Assembly (NCBI GenBank): GCA_977862235.1
Contig: OZ374559.1
Location: forward strand, 2,728,001-2,792,000
Length of the DNA stretch: 64,000 nt
Direction: 5' to 3'
DNA from: Dudresnaya verticillata
Taxonomy: Eukaryota
The position numbers and the translations under genes are program-made. Under the pieces are notes generated by a model. The model had not been told where the DNA came from. It did not search any database and worked only from the letters and a program-made list of their open reading frames with translations. This document shows, piece after piece, positions 9,591 through 19,412 of the stretch (within the stretch, counting starts at the first letter, position 1; every line of letters begins with the position of its first letter).

Positions 9591-11044
9591 TATGACTGGC
9601 CAACTCGCAACGACTTCGCTAAGGCTCAGAAGGAAACAACAGAACAATCGCTGCATGGTTTCAGCGAGAAAGATGGAATAATCCAAGACAATGGAGGTGT
9701 CTTCTGGCTTCCCGTAGACAGCGGTCTGCTGCGCTTACGTGTGCTCATCGCCGCACACACCGGCAATCGTGCGCGAACACTTCCGCTGGACGTCAATGGC
9801 TAAGGACGTGGAGGTATTCGTGAAAACGTGCCTGCATTGCCTCTGCACCGCGTCAGGAAGGACAATCCCGAGACCCATAGGGCACAGTCTACATGCCGAC
9901 GGTCCTAACAAGATCTTGCTCTTCGACTTCTGCTACATTGGCAAGAGCGACAAGGCGTTTCTGTACGTGCTGATCCTGAAGGACGACTTTAGCTCCTTCG
10001 TTTGGCTTTTTCCCTTTCGAGGCCGCAGACGCCTCGTCGACAGTGGACGCCCTGATGGAATGGTTCTCCTCATTCGGGGTCGTCCTACAGTGGGTATCCG
10101 ACCGGGGACCCCATTTCAAGAACGAAGTCGTAGCAGGACTCAGCGAGAAGCTGCGAAGCTCTCACCACTTCACACTCCCATACTGTCCATGGACTAATGG
10201 TACAATAGAGGTGGTTTGCCGGGAACTTATGCGCGTTCTTAGAGCCCTCACGTCTGAGTTCCAAATACCTTTCAAGTCGTGGCCGTCCGTGCTGCCACTT
10301 GTGCAAGCAGTCCTAAACAACACGCCTCTGGCCTGCCTTGGAGGCAGATGCCCGCTCACGGCATTCACTGGCCTGCCAGCGGATACACCCTTAAGAGCAA
10401 TCAAGACAGAAGTAAGGGGAGAGATCCAAATGCTGGACATAGAAGAGATACGAATTAAGCAAGTCATTAAGATTGAGGAGTTGACGCGCGGCCTGGATCA
10501 CATGCATCGAGAAGTGACCGAGCGATCTACAAAGGCTCGTGAAGCGCGCGTAGACAAGCACAATGCTCGCACGCGAGTGCGGAGGTGCAACTTCGACATC
10601 GGAGACTTTGTACTAAGAAGAAGCACTGAGAAGACATTTACTAGGAAGCTCTCGTTCCGCTGGCGAGGACCATACAGGGATACGAAGGTTCTTTCGGATT
10701 TCCTCTTCCAAGTAGAAGACCTGAGGTCTACGAAGAAATCTACCGTCCATGGCACGCGTCTCAAGTTCTCCCGCAACGAAGACTTGGACGTCACGACCGA
10801 GGTCCTGGAGCAGCTTGCTTTTCAAGACGGCGAGTACTGTGTTGTAGACAAGATCCTGGACATAAGGATTCACGAGGGAGAAACCCAGCTCCTCGTCTAA
10901 TGGAAAGGTTTCACCGACGAGGGGCCGGCCTGGGAGGCATTTCCCGTCATGCAAGAAGACGTCCCTGCCTTGGTTACAGATTTCCTGGCAGACATCAAAG
11001 ACAATGGCACGGCTAGGCAGAAGCGAATCGCCAAGCACTGCTAG
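9591..11044 (+). pseudogene. Disrupted Gypsy integrase with C-terminal chromodomain
   Basis: AH...CLHC zinc motif, FDFCYIG...DDFS, SDRGPHF, NGTIE and WRGPY are split across frames (shifts near 9760 and 10020). The chromodomain YCVVDKILDIR...LLV*WKGF...AWE has a stop at 10898-10900. Confidence 0.88.
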
Positions 11045-11095
11045 ATTTATCATCCTACAACCAGCTCAGTGTATACATCACTGGCTGTGGGGGGC

Positions 11096-11477
11096 TGTTA
11101 TCCCGCTGTGGCACACAGCGGGCACTGTAGTTGACGCAGACAACGTTAGATGGCAGCCAGATCATCTGGTATGATAGCAAACCCGTCAGTCAAGATAGGA
11201 CGCATGATTTGGCGCAATTATGCGACAATAATCGCGGGAAGCTGTTTGCACGCCAGCGCGGCGCGGGCGAGGGCCGACGGCGGGTTCGAGCGGCTCCCGC
11301 CTTGACAGAAGGCCTACATAAACCTGCTCCACTCCAGTCGAGGAGTGGGGGCAACCAGCACGGTGCCCACCAGACTTGCCAGCGCCCGAGCGCCTCCTCC
11401 CAGATCCCTACAGTGCCAACCGGGCTCCGGTCGCCACAGGGCACGCACGCGATCGCCGCGCCGCACAGTACCCATCA
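11096..11477 (+). repeat. Gypsy 3' LTR
   Basis: Direct repeat of 6021-6402, followed by the TSD GGCAC. Confidence 0.96.
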
Positions 11478-11661
11478 GGCACCTGTCCTGCATCTGAAAA
11501 GCTTGTCCTTTGGGCTCACCTTACATTTTTAGTTGTTCAATGCGTGGCGAATAGTGTTAACCGTGGCACTCTTTTGCCTCCCCTTCTGAGCAATCCTGTT
11601 GAAGCCCCGGATATCTTTTTTTGCTTGACGTTGCGTAAAGGTCCGTATCATCATCATTCGT

Positions 11662-12267
11662 CTAACCGTTTCGAGGCTTCACCTCCGGATACGGAGGTGC
11701 TGGAAGAACACTGACTGTAAACATGATTGCTATGTTGCCTTCAGCACTCCTGCGTACTGCCACGCTGCCGAGCTTAAAGGTTGAGCTCAGCATATCATCC
11801 ATACGGTCAGATTTGTTGAGGAGAAAGTTGAAAATAGCTTTGGAAAGGTTGCTCGGCTCGCATCTGCGAGACATATTAGATGGGAAGAAGAACATGGAGC
11901 TCATAATGTATGTTAGGGAATGCTTAGTAACATAGAACAGTCCTGATGCATGGAAATGGTGATGTAGAGCTTACCCAGGTTGAAAGAGTACAATACTGCC
12001 ACAATATTTCACAGCCAGAGGTAAAAGGGCCTCTTGTGTGTTCCTCTCGGCGTTTCGCAAGAACCTTGTGCAGTTCTCATATGTCCTGGAGTACAGGGAA
12101 GCGTCCCAAAGAAGCGGAGCTAATGAAGTTTTTGTAGTCCGGTACGTGTTAATGAACTGAAATACCGCCATTGCGACCGCCAAGAGGTCCGTGTTTGGTT
12201 TCGGCTCAGAAAGCCGCAAACGCTTTCTGCTCCACTTGCTTGCGGCCTCGTTCTTCCGGATGGGCAT
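11662..12267 (-). CDS. Possible spliced gene or pseudogene, CAP/SCP-domain-like (exons ~11975-12267 and 11662-11899)
   Basis: Two same-frame minus-strand ORFs are separated by a 75-nt GTAAG...CTAAC...AG segment (11974-11900) that would remove the in-frame stop. FINTYR...PLLWDASL and ML....KLGSVAV resemble CAP-domain motifs. The GAG acceptor is atypical and the start is uncertain. Confidence 0.35.
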
Positions 12268-12830
12268 CTCGATCTCGCTTTCTGCATTCTCCTGGCATTG
12301 GCATTTTGGAGTTGGCAACCACAAGATTTCTGGCAGTGCTCTGGGAAAAGGCGTGGATTCTGTATGGGGTAGAGTCGATCGACAACGTTGAAGAAAATCC
12401 GAGTGCGGAGTATCAAGAGGAGTGACCTGTTATACCAAAAATGTGTACGTTCTCACCCTCAGAACTCTTCCGCCTTTTTCCACATGTAGTCTGTGTACGC
12501 AGCCCTCATATGTTAGGACATTTCTGGACATGTGATAATGTACTTGTTCAAATGAATATATCTACAATTGAATATGTTCAAGTGACTAAAATGGGATAAT
12601 TCTTCCCTATTGTTGTTTGCGCTGTTCGAAGTCGCAAAAACATTCGCGTTGGGCAGCAGCGTCGGTCAATAGCTATTTATTATTTAAGCGGTAGGGAAAT
12701 CCAAATAGTTCGGAATCACTCTCCCCATCTCGCATTGCAACCTTGTCTCACCGTCTCTCCTGCTATCATCGTACTGCGCTAGCGAGTTACCAACGCGTCG
12801 AAGAATTCCCTCTACGAACAGCAAAACAAA

Positions 12831-13856
12831 ATGGGTACCAGCAGTCTTCCAAACTCATTACGCGATGCTGGGCCGTCTGCCCTTCAGAACATAGAAAAAT
12901 CGATGGGACGGCATGATGCAATCGAACAAACACTTGCGGGCTGTCAACGCCCTGCCCAAAATGAAGACAAACGGGTGACGACTCCTGGCATACAAATCTC
13001 AGATGCATCTCATGCTCTTCCGACGAAGAATTGCACAGGGACCACGCAAGACTGCCAACAAACTGTGACGGAGGCAAAAGAAGTTCAGCAACAAGTTTAC
13101 GTTTCTGAGGATGTTCGATTAGAAGGACCGCGAAACGAACTTCCTAATATCTTGCTGTGGATGAAAGACTCAGAACAAGATCGCGAGCATATTTTTGATG
13201 CAGTGCAGAAAGACCTGATGGACTGGCCTAAAGTAACAGGATATGGGCTCCAAGTTGATGCTGTTCGGATGTCCCTCGGCACAGATGCGGCACTCGTCTT
13301 TCGAAATTCGGTTCGCCTTTTTCTGCTATCAAGCCCCATTGGACACAACTTTGGAGACATCGAATCCCTTCTTCAGGCCGAAGAAGGCATTGCAGATCTC
13401 CTTGAAGCTCATCGGACAGGCAACATAGATAGCCCTGGATTCGCAGAGTTGCTAATCGTGTTCGCAGAAATGAACACAGTACTATTTTGTTTACGTAACC
13501 GGGCACAAGAACGGGCCGAGAACGGCTGCGGAGCAGAGGCAGATCGGGGTCACTGGATTACTCTGCGATTGAACAAGAACCTGGTGCCGAATATTGAAGA
13601 GATCGTTCACGTTTGCCTTCGCAAAGCTCAAAGCATCTTGTATTTTTCCTACGCGACCAGCTGGAATACAATGAATGGTGAGCGGATGAGCGAAGTGTCT
13701 TCTATGCTTGGTGATTTTCTGGTTTGCTTCAAAAGTTATGCAGCTGCCGCTCAACATTACATGTACGCACTGGGCTTCGCGACGCAGGAGTCCGATCGAA
13801 AAATAATTTCTTCAAAACTCCGGGAGGTTAGAAAAGCGCTGCAGAAGTCAGCGTAA
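12831..13856 (+). CDS. Hypothetical protein (341 aa), low-complexity N-terminus and helical C-terminus
   Basis: Long ATG-initiated ORF after an A-rich context (aaaacaaaATG), with AATAAA ~20 nt after the stop. No family recognised. Confidence 0.6.
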   Translation: MGTSSLPNSLRDAGPSALQNIEKSMGRHDAIEQTLAGCQRPAQNEDKRVTTPGIQISDASHALPTKNCTGTTQDCQQTVTEAKEVQQQVYVSEDVRLEGPRNELPNILLWMKDSEQDREHIFDAVQKDLMDWPKVTGYGLQVDAVRMSLGTDAALVFRNSVRLFLLSSPIGHNFGDIESLLQAEEGIADLLEAHRTGNIDSPGFAELLIVFAEMNTVLFCLRNRAQERAENGCGAEADRGHWITLRLNKNLVPNIEEIVHVCLRKAQSILYFSYATSWNTMNGERMSEVSSMLGDFLVCFKSYAAAAQHYMYALGFATQESDRKIISSKLREVRKALQKSA

Positions 13857-14138
13857 TGTTAGTATCGATTTCTAAATAAAATACATCAAGTGTATTTTAG
13901 GTTATTAAAGTCTGGTCCTTTTGCAGAGTAGGAAGGCAGGCAAAACAAAATAAGTACTGGGAGATTCCAAACTCGATAACCGGTGCTGCGCCGTCTTCGC
14001 TGTAGATTTGGATCGAAGTAAAGCCCGCCGATAGTAGGGTGATAGAGGATGTAGGGAGGCGGAAGGAGAGGCGGCTGTAACAAAAAAAGGAGACGTGAAC
14101 GTTGTGCGCGATGCCGAGGTGAAACGTGAGGCAGGGAG

Positions 14139-14540
14139 AATGAAAACATTAATTGTCCTACGGTCGTATGCATACTGATGCAATCATTCTACAGTCGTAT
14201 GCATACTGATGAAATGGATCTACAGTCGTATTAATACTGCAGATACTATTCTACGGTCGTATTCATGCTGACGAACCATGTTTATGTTTTATGTAGTTGT
14301 ATTCACAATGGTTCTCAGTGAGCACTTTCTTCTTGGTTTAGGCAACGGTCGTTTTACGTTTTAGAGGCAGTCTTCGCCTGCCTATAAGTACCGCCTAGTT
14401 CTCTCTTGTTCTACCCTCTCAACAGGACAACATTTTATCTACACAACACAATCTGATCTACTCTGTTCTGTAAATCTACTGTTCCTCTGATACCGCTGCT
14501 ACTGCCAACTTGCTACTGATCCAAATACCATTCCTTTATT
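14139..14540 (+). repeat. Copia 5' LTR (contains four ~31-bp tandem repeats)
   Basis: Direct repeat of 19011-19412; internal ctac(g/a)gtcgtat...(a/g)ctg repeats at ~14158-14275. Confidence 0.96.
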
Positions 14541-14541
14541 T

Positions 14542-14553
14542 TTATGGGCCCAG
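14542..14553 (+). promoter_or_regulatory. Primer-binding site TTATGGGCCCAG (half-tRNA-iMet type)
   Basis: Directly follows the 5' LTR and is complementary to the anticodon arm of initiator tRNA-Met, as used by Drosophila copia and yeast Ty5. Confidence 0.75.
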
Positions 14554-17500
14554 GCTCATCATCGGCGTATCTGCCGACTCGCCCAAGGTTTTCTTGGGAT
14601 ATCAAAAATGTTCCTTGGACAGATGGCAAAGGCAACCAAGAAGAGTACTCACTATCTGTTTCTTTATGGAATGCTTTCCATAACAGGCTCCCAGACTCTA
14701 ACTCAAACAAGATACCCACGGAACTTCGTGGTATAATGCTTCAGTCCCAGCTTTATGGAAGAGCAAAAGATCTATGCAAATCCATTCCCGATACTGAGAT
14801 CCAATCTGCTACTGGCTCAGAAGCTGTGGTGAATGCTGTATACAAACGAGATGCACTCTCGGTTGTCAGTGAAGTTTACCAAAACTTTATTGCCCTATTA
14901 AGTACCAAGCGCGGAACCACGGAGACATACAAAAACTTCGAATCAAGATTCGACGCTCAAGTTTCCAGATTCAATGCTGGCTCCAGTACAACAAAGCTCC
15001 CAGAAGCCCTTACTGCTTTTATGCTACTTGCAAATTCTGCCGTGGATAACGGTCAAAGAGTTTCTGTTCTTGCAGCAGCTTCGAACAACACAAATATAGC
15101 TCCTACAGCTACAACTGATGATTTTCTCGATTCAGTTTCATACGAGAAAGTAGCTTCTGTTCTAAGGCAGTGTGACCAAGTCATGACTGAGAATATTCGT
15201 CCCCTGTCTGCAAATGCTGTGAACACTCAGTTCAGAAGACCGATCTTCCCAAGGAATCGCAGAAGGCTTACACCTGATCAGCTTGCAGATCTTAAAAGCC
15301 GCAGCAAATGTCGTAAGTGTCACAAATTCGGACACTGGCACTCTGATCACACAGATGACGGTAAACTCAAGCCTGGAGTCAAGTCTACTGATAATCCTGC
15401 TCCTTCTGATGCAAAACCGAACACACAACCACCGAAGAAAACCATGACCTTCAACATGGGTCATCTACTCGATTCCCACAATGAGATAAGCGAAGACTTT
15501 ACAGGCCCCTTACTTGATGACGGTGGTCCGTACAGTGGTCTAGGGATGTCTGAGTTTATGATACTGCAGCCCATTATCCTACCGGACTGGGAAGGCAATC
15601 TGGACCCTATACCCCAACAGCTTCAGTCTTGTGCCTTTTGGCAATACGGTGCAGGGCAACACTCCAGTGAGGCAAGGAGAATTCTCGGATCGGTCACTTT
15701 AATGGCTCGCACTGATAAGAACAACCTGGTGTCTATCCGACACCTAATCATTGAAGGCTCCTCGCAATGGATTATCGGCCGTAATGTCACGAAGCATTGT
15801 GACATTGTTCATGTTGGCGATAACAGGCTCGTTATGCCAACATCTGAAGATTCAATCGGTCTCCAAGACAATGGATTCCACAGTTACATACCCTATAACG
15901 TATTTCTACCGAACAGTTCCGACCTGTCATCCCGTGTCACGAACAAGTTCTATTGTGCCACTGCTCAGATCAACCAAAACCATGACACTCGTCCCTTTGG
16001 AGACATCAAGAAGATTGTTGATAAGGTCCATCAACACGTCTGTGGACACTCTTCTTATTCTGATATCAAGATATTGCTCCAGCGAAACAAAATTTGGAAT
16101 GCTGAAGTACAGAAATATTTGTCCCGTGTCCTGGATAGATGCTCAAGTTGTTTAACTACTTCTCAACCGAAAGACACCCGGAAGGTCTCACTAAGCTCCA
16201 TGAGCAGGAACTTTAACGACGTTGTATGCATTGATCATTTCCACCTTGATATGAACCGCGTGTTTCATCTCATGGACTCTGCTTCAAGATATTCGACCGG
16301 CGATGTTGTAAGCACTATGACTATGACGGAAGCTATTAATTGTTTTGAATCTCTATGGATAACACCATTCTGGACCCCCAAATGTGTTCTATTTGACCAA
16401 GCGTTCAACAATACCGAGTTCATACATTATCTGAAAAGTCAAGACATTGAAACTCGCCCTATACCTCCGCGTCGCCACAACAAAAATGTCATTGAATCTA
16501 AGCACAGAGTTATTCGAGATATCTACCTACGCCTGAAAGAAGGATGTACAAATGACTCTGCTGAGCACCAAAGACTCCTAGTGCAGCAGGCACTACGAAT
16601 ATCAAATGATCTGTACGGAAATGACGTATGTTCTGCTCATGAGTTGGCGAAAGGCTATACGAGACCTATAACATACGGAGAATTTCCTGCACAAGTTCCT
16701 GAAGAAATTTCCAAGGCCCACGATGACCTCATGGCTAAGCGAAAATTAACCCGCATCCTTCACTCCAAGTCAACTGCTGATATACCATTCAATGTTGGAG
16801 ATACCGTACAAGTTTATATCAAAGAACAAAATGCCAAGCGCGGCAAGTGGTCATCTCCGAAGGTGATTTTATCGTTCGATAAAACGTCTGGAACCATTTC
16901 AGTTCCTGGAAAACGTGGACGCCAAGTCCAAGCAGCTGTTGAAGATGTCCGTCCTGCCCTACCTGTGGATACACTAGGCAGTTCCATCCAAGAAGCAATT
17001 GATGCTCTCTCCAAAAGTCTGGATGACAGCATTGATGAGCTCTGTTCTAAAGAAGATGTGGCATCAAATGAAGAGCTTGAGACTACCACTATAGAGGAGG
17101 TTGGATACGAAAACGATGACGGAGATATTCTCAGCTCACACCCCAACGTTGGTGACGTCATTGATGTATATTGGCCCCTCGACGATATGTTCTACACTGG
17201 AAAAGTGGCATCAATTAACGAAGATGACAACCAGTACAACATTGATTACAATGATGGTGACAAAGAATGTCTCAAGTTATCGGATGAGACCTGGCGCTAT
17301 AGCTCGGATGAAGCAATAGCAACCAACAACGTACAAATACCAGATCAAACGCTCACAAGTTCTCTGCAAGAGGTTCTTGGGTCGTATACTCTTGCCTTCG
17401 GTCACAAAGATTTTATGCGCTACCAGGCTCAAGGGCTACCAACGTTTCCATTGTTAAATGCTTACAAAAAAGAAGAAGAGGCCTTTAAGAAAACAGTCAA

Positions 17501-18986
17501 GATGGTCCATGCTTCTGATATCCCAAAGCATGCAAATGTCATCACAAGCCATGTGATATACAAAGTTAAGAATAATGATGATGGCTCGATGAAAATGAAA
17601 GCACGCATAGCGCCACATGGTAACAAGGACAAAGAACGCTTTCAGTTGAAAACAGACTCTTCAACCTGTCCGCCAACTGGTATTCGCATTTTGCTGTCCC
17701 TCGCTGCTCAGTTCAAGTGGTTCTTGGCCAAGATCGATTTTAAGAGCGCGTTTCTGCAAACAGGAGAAGCAAAGCGAGACGTCTATGTCGTTCCGCCACG
17801 AGAAAGCGACGACAAGCAGCACTATTGGTTGTTGCTGACTGCAGCATATGGTCTTGTGAACGCCAATGCTAAGTGGCAGGAACAAAGTGACAATTTCTTA
17901 ACATCGATCGGTCTCCGCCAACTCGTTTATGTTCCACAGTTGTTTTACAAGAAGGACGCAATTGGTTCATTGCAACTCGTTGCTGTCAAAATTGTGGACG
18001 ATGTACTCTTTGCTGGTGACCAGTCAACTGTTCGGTCAACTATTGGAAAGATACAGGAGCGCTATGAGCTCGGGACAATTGTTTACGGTCCGGGCTCGTT
18101 CCTTTTCTTTGGCCTCCACATTGCTCAAGATGATGAATGCTCTATAAGGATACAAGCTGATGAAAAGTTGGAAAACTTAAACTGCTACCCCATTGATCGA
18201 CAAAGAAGAAAGCAAGGAGATGAAGTTCTAAATGCTGTCGAAACTAGTTCCTTCCGATCAGTCAACAGCTCGATTGGATGGCTTGGAATTGCCGCGTCGC
18301 CATTCTGTGCCTTCTATGCCAGTCATTTACAGCAGAAGGTACCTCAAACCACTGTACACGATATGATCTCTCAAATCAACTCTTTGAGACTGCTGCAAAA
18401 ACTTGGAAGTACCATCATGTACAAGCGACCAGCAGATAAGAAAGAGTACCCTCTATCCGTTCTGATGTTTGCAGACGCTAGTCGAAGTTCTGACTATGGC
18501 CAGCTTGGTTTCATATCAGGTCTACTTATCGGTGACTTCGAAATGGGTTCTATATTCCATACACTTTCATGGTGTTCACACAAGTCAAAGAGACCAGTCA
18601 AATCTATTGGAGCTGCAGAAATACTAGCGTCTGGTGAAGCAATCGATGAAGGCAAAGTTCTGGTTAGTGCCTACAAGACGCTTCTCGACGTTGAAGTTGA
18701 CCTGATGGTCGCTCTTGACTCCAAGGATTTATATGAGACTTTATCAACCTGCCGCAACTCCATTGATCGCTCTATTCGGGCAGATGTCAGCGTCATTCGA
18801 TATGAGTTTGAGACGCACAAAGTGAATCGCATCATCTGGATTCCTGGCAAGACCAACCTTGCAGATCCACTCACTAAGGCTAACAGCCCGCTTGTTCAAC
18901 CCTTACAGCTGACAATGTTTTCTGGAGAGCTCAGCATGAACTTCACAGATAATCTCTTTCGCAACTCAAACCAGTTCACTGGTTAG
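14544..18986 (+). CDS. Copia gag-pol polyprotein (1480 aa): gag, protease, integrase, Tudor-like domain, RT, RNase H
   Basis: CRKCHKFGHWHSDH knuckle; LLDDGG protease; H...GH...CSSC and IDHF...FDQ...IE integrase; KARIAPHG, DFKSAFLQ, YGL and VDDVL (RT); FADAS, AEILA, DSKDL and LADPLTK (RNase H). Integrase precedes RT, the Copia order. Confidence 0.97.
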   Translation: MGPGSSSAYLPTRPRFSWDIKNVPWTDGKGNQEEYSLSVSLWNAFHNRLPDSNSNKIPTELRGIMLQSQLYGRAKDLCKSIPDTEIQSATGSEAVVNAVYKRDALSVVSEVYQNFIALLSTKRGTTETYKNFESRFDAQVSRFNAGSSTTKLPEALTAFMLLANSAVDNGQRVSVLAAASNNTNIAPTATTDDFLDSVSYEKVASVLRQCDQVMTENIRPLSANAVNTQFRRPIFPRNRRRLTPDQLADLKSRSKCRKCHKFGHWHSDHTDDGKLKPGVKSTDNPAPSDAKPNTQPPKKTMTFNMGHLLDSHNEISEDFTGPLLDDGGPYSGLGMSEFMILQPIILPDWEGNLDPIPQQLQSCAFWQYGAGQHSSEARRILGSVTLMARTDKNNLVSIRHLIIEGSSQWIIGRNVTKHCDIVHVGDNRLVMPTSEDSIGLQDNGFHSYIPYNVFLPNSSDLSSRVTNKFYCATAQINQNHDTRPFGDIKKIVDKVHQHVCGHSSYSDIKILLQRNKIWNAEVQKYLSRVLDRCSSCLTTSQPKDTRKVSLSSMSRNFNDVVCIDHFHLDMNRVFHLMDSASRYSTGDVVSTMTMTEAINCFESLWITPFWTPKCVLFDQAFNNTEFIHYLKSQDIETRPIPPRRHNKNVIESKHRVIRDIYLRLKEGCTNDSAEHQRLLVQQALRISNDLYGNDVCSAHELAKGYTRPITYGEFPAQVPEEISKAHDDLMAKRKLTRILHSKSTADIPFNVGDTVQVYIKEQNAKRGKWSSPKVILSFDKTSGTISVPGKRGRQVQAAVEDVRPALPVDTLGSSIQEAIDALSKSLDDSIDELCSKEDVASNEELETTTIEEVGYENDDGDILSSHPNVGDVIDVYWPLDDMFYTGKVASINEDDNQYNIDYNDGDKECLKLSDETWRYSSDEAIATNNVQIPDQTLTSSLQEVLGSYTLAFGHKDFMRYQAQGLPTFPLLNAYKKEEEAFKKTVKMVHASDIPKHANVITSHVIYKVKNNDDGSMKMKARIAPHGNKDKERFQLKTDSSTCPPTGIRILLSLAAQFKWFLAKIDFKSAFLQTGEAKRDVYVVPPRESDDKQHYWLLLTAAYGLVNANAKWQEQSDNFLTSIGLRQLVYVPQLFYKKDAIGSLQLVAVKIVDDVLFAGDQSTVRSTIGKIQERYELGTIVYGPGSFLFFGLHIAQDDECSIRIQADEKLENLNCYPIDRQRRKQGDEVLNAVETSSFRSVNSSIGWLGIAASPFCAFYASHLQQKVPQTTVHDMISQINSLRLLQKLGSTIMYKRPADKKEYPLSVLMFADASRSSDYGQLGFISGLLIGDFEMGSIFHTLSWCSHKSKRPVKSIGAAEILASGEAIDEGKVLVSAYKTLLDVEVDLMVALDSKDLYETLSTCRNSIDRSIRADVSVIRYEFETHKVNRIIWIPGKTNLADPLTKANSPLVQPLQLTMFSGELSMNFTDNLFRNSNQFTG

Positions 18987-19010
18987 ACTCAGCTAAGAAA
19001 GCGGGAGGAG

Positions 19011-19412
19011 AATGAAAACATTAATTGTCCTACGGTCGTATGCATACTGATGCAATCATTCTACAGTCGTATGCATACTGATGAAATGGATCTACAGTCG
19101 TATTAATACTGCAGATACTATTCTACGGTCGTATTCATGCTGACGAACCATGTTTATGTTTTATGTAGTTGTATTCACAATGTTTCTCAGTGAGCACTTT
19201 CTTCTTGGTTTAGGCAACGGTCGTTTTACGTTTTAGAGGCAGTCTTCGCCTGCCTATAAGTACCGCCTAGTTCTCTCTTGTTCTACCCTCTCAACAGGAC
19301 AACATTTTATCTACACAACACAATCTGATCTACTCTGTTCTGTAAATCTACTGTTCCTCTGATACCGCTGCTACTGCCAACTTGCTACTGATCCAAATAC
19401 CATTCCTTTATT
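19011..19412 (+). repeat. Copia 3' LTR
   Basis: Direct repeat of 14139-14540, preceded by the PPT and followed by the TSD GGGAG. Confidence 0.96.

Larger units (their letters stand above)
6021..11477 (+). mobile_element. Ty3/Gypsy chromovirus-type LTR retrotransposon, coding-defective
   Basis: 382-bp LTRs at 6021-6402 and 11096-11477 with TG...CA ends, GGCAC TSD (6016-6020, 11478-11482), G-rich PPT before the 3' LTR, and domain order gag-PR-RT-RH-IN-chromodomain. Confidence 0.96.
5900..11610 (+). pseudogene. Degenerate 3' fragment of a third RLE non-LTR copy, split by the Gypsy insertion (pieces ~5900-6020 and 11483-~11610)
   Basis: MIVDTYGRIGHGFELGVRRIANFLAVKKG before the LTR joins in frame to TCPASEKLVLWAHLTFLVVQCVANSVNR after it. 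This matches the ORF2 C-terminus MVVDVYGRVGSGFEVGAQRIANFIASKRGTSPSTEK. Confidence 0.85.
14139..19412 (+). mobile_element. Intact Ty1/Copia LTR retrotransposon with AAT...ATT termini
   Basis: 402-bp LTRs at 14139-14540 and 19011-19412 (one mismatch seen). GGGAG TSD at 14134-14138 and 19413-19417, confirmed by the empty site gaggcaGGGAGcctgtt in the other array units. PPT aagaaagcgggaggag; single gag-pol ORF. Confidence 0.97.

Noticed and set aside
14158..14275. 31-bp repeats as a CRISPR array
   Set aside because: Contiguous tandem repeats inside an LTR, with no unique spacers, no cas genes and a eukaryotic context.
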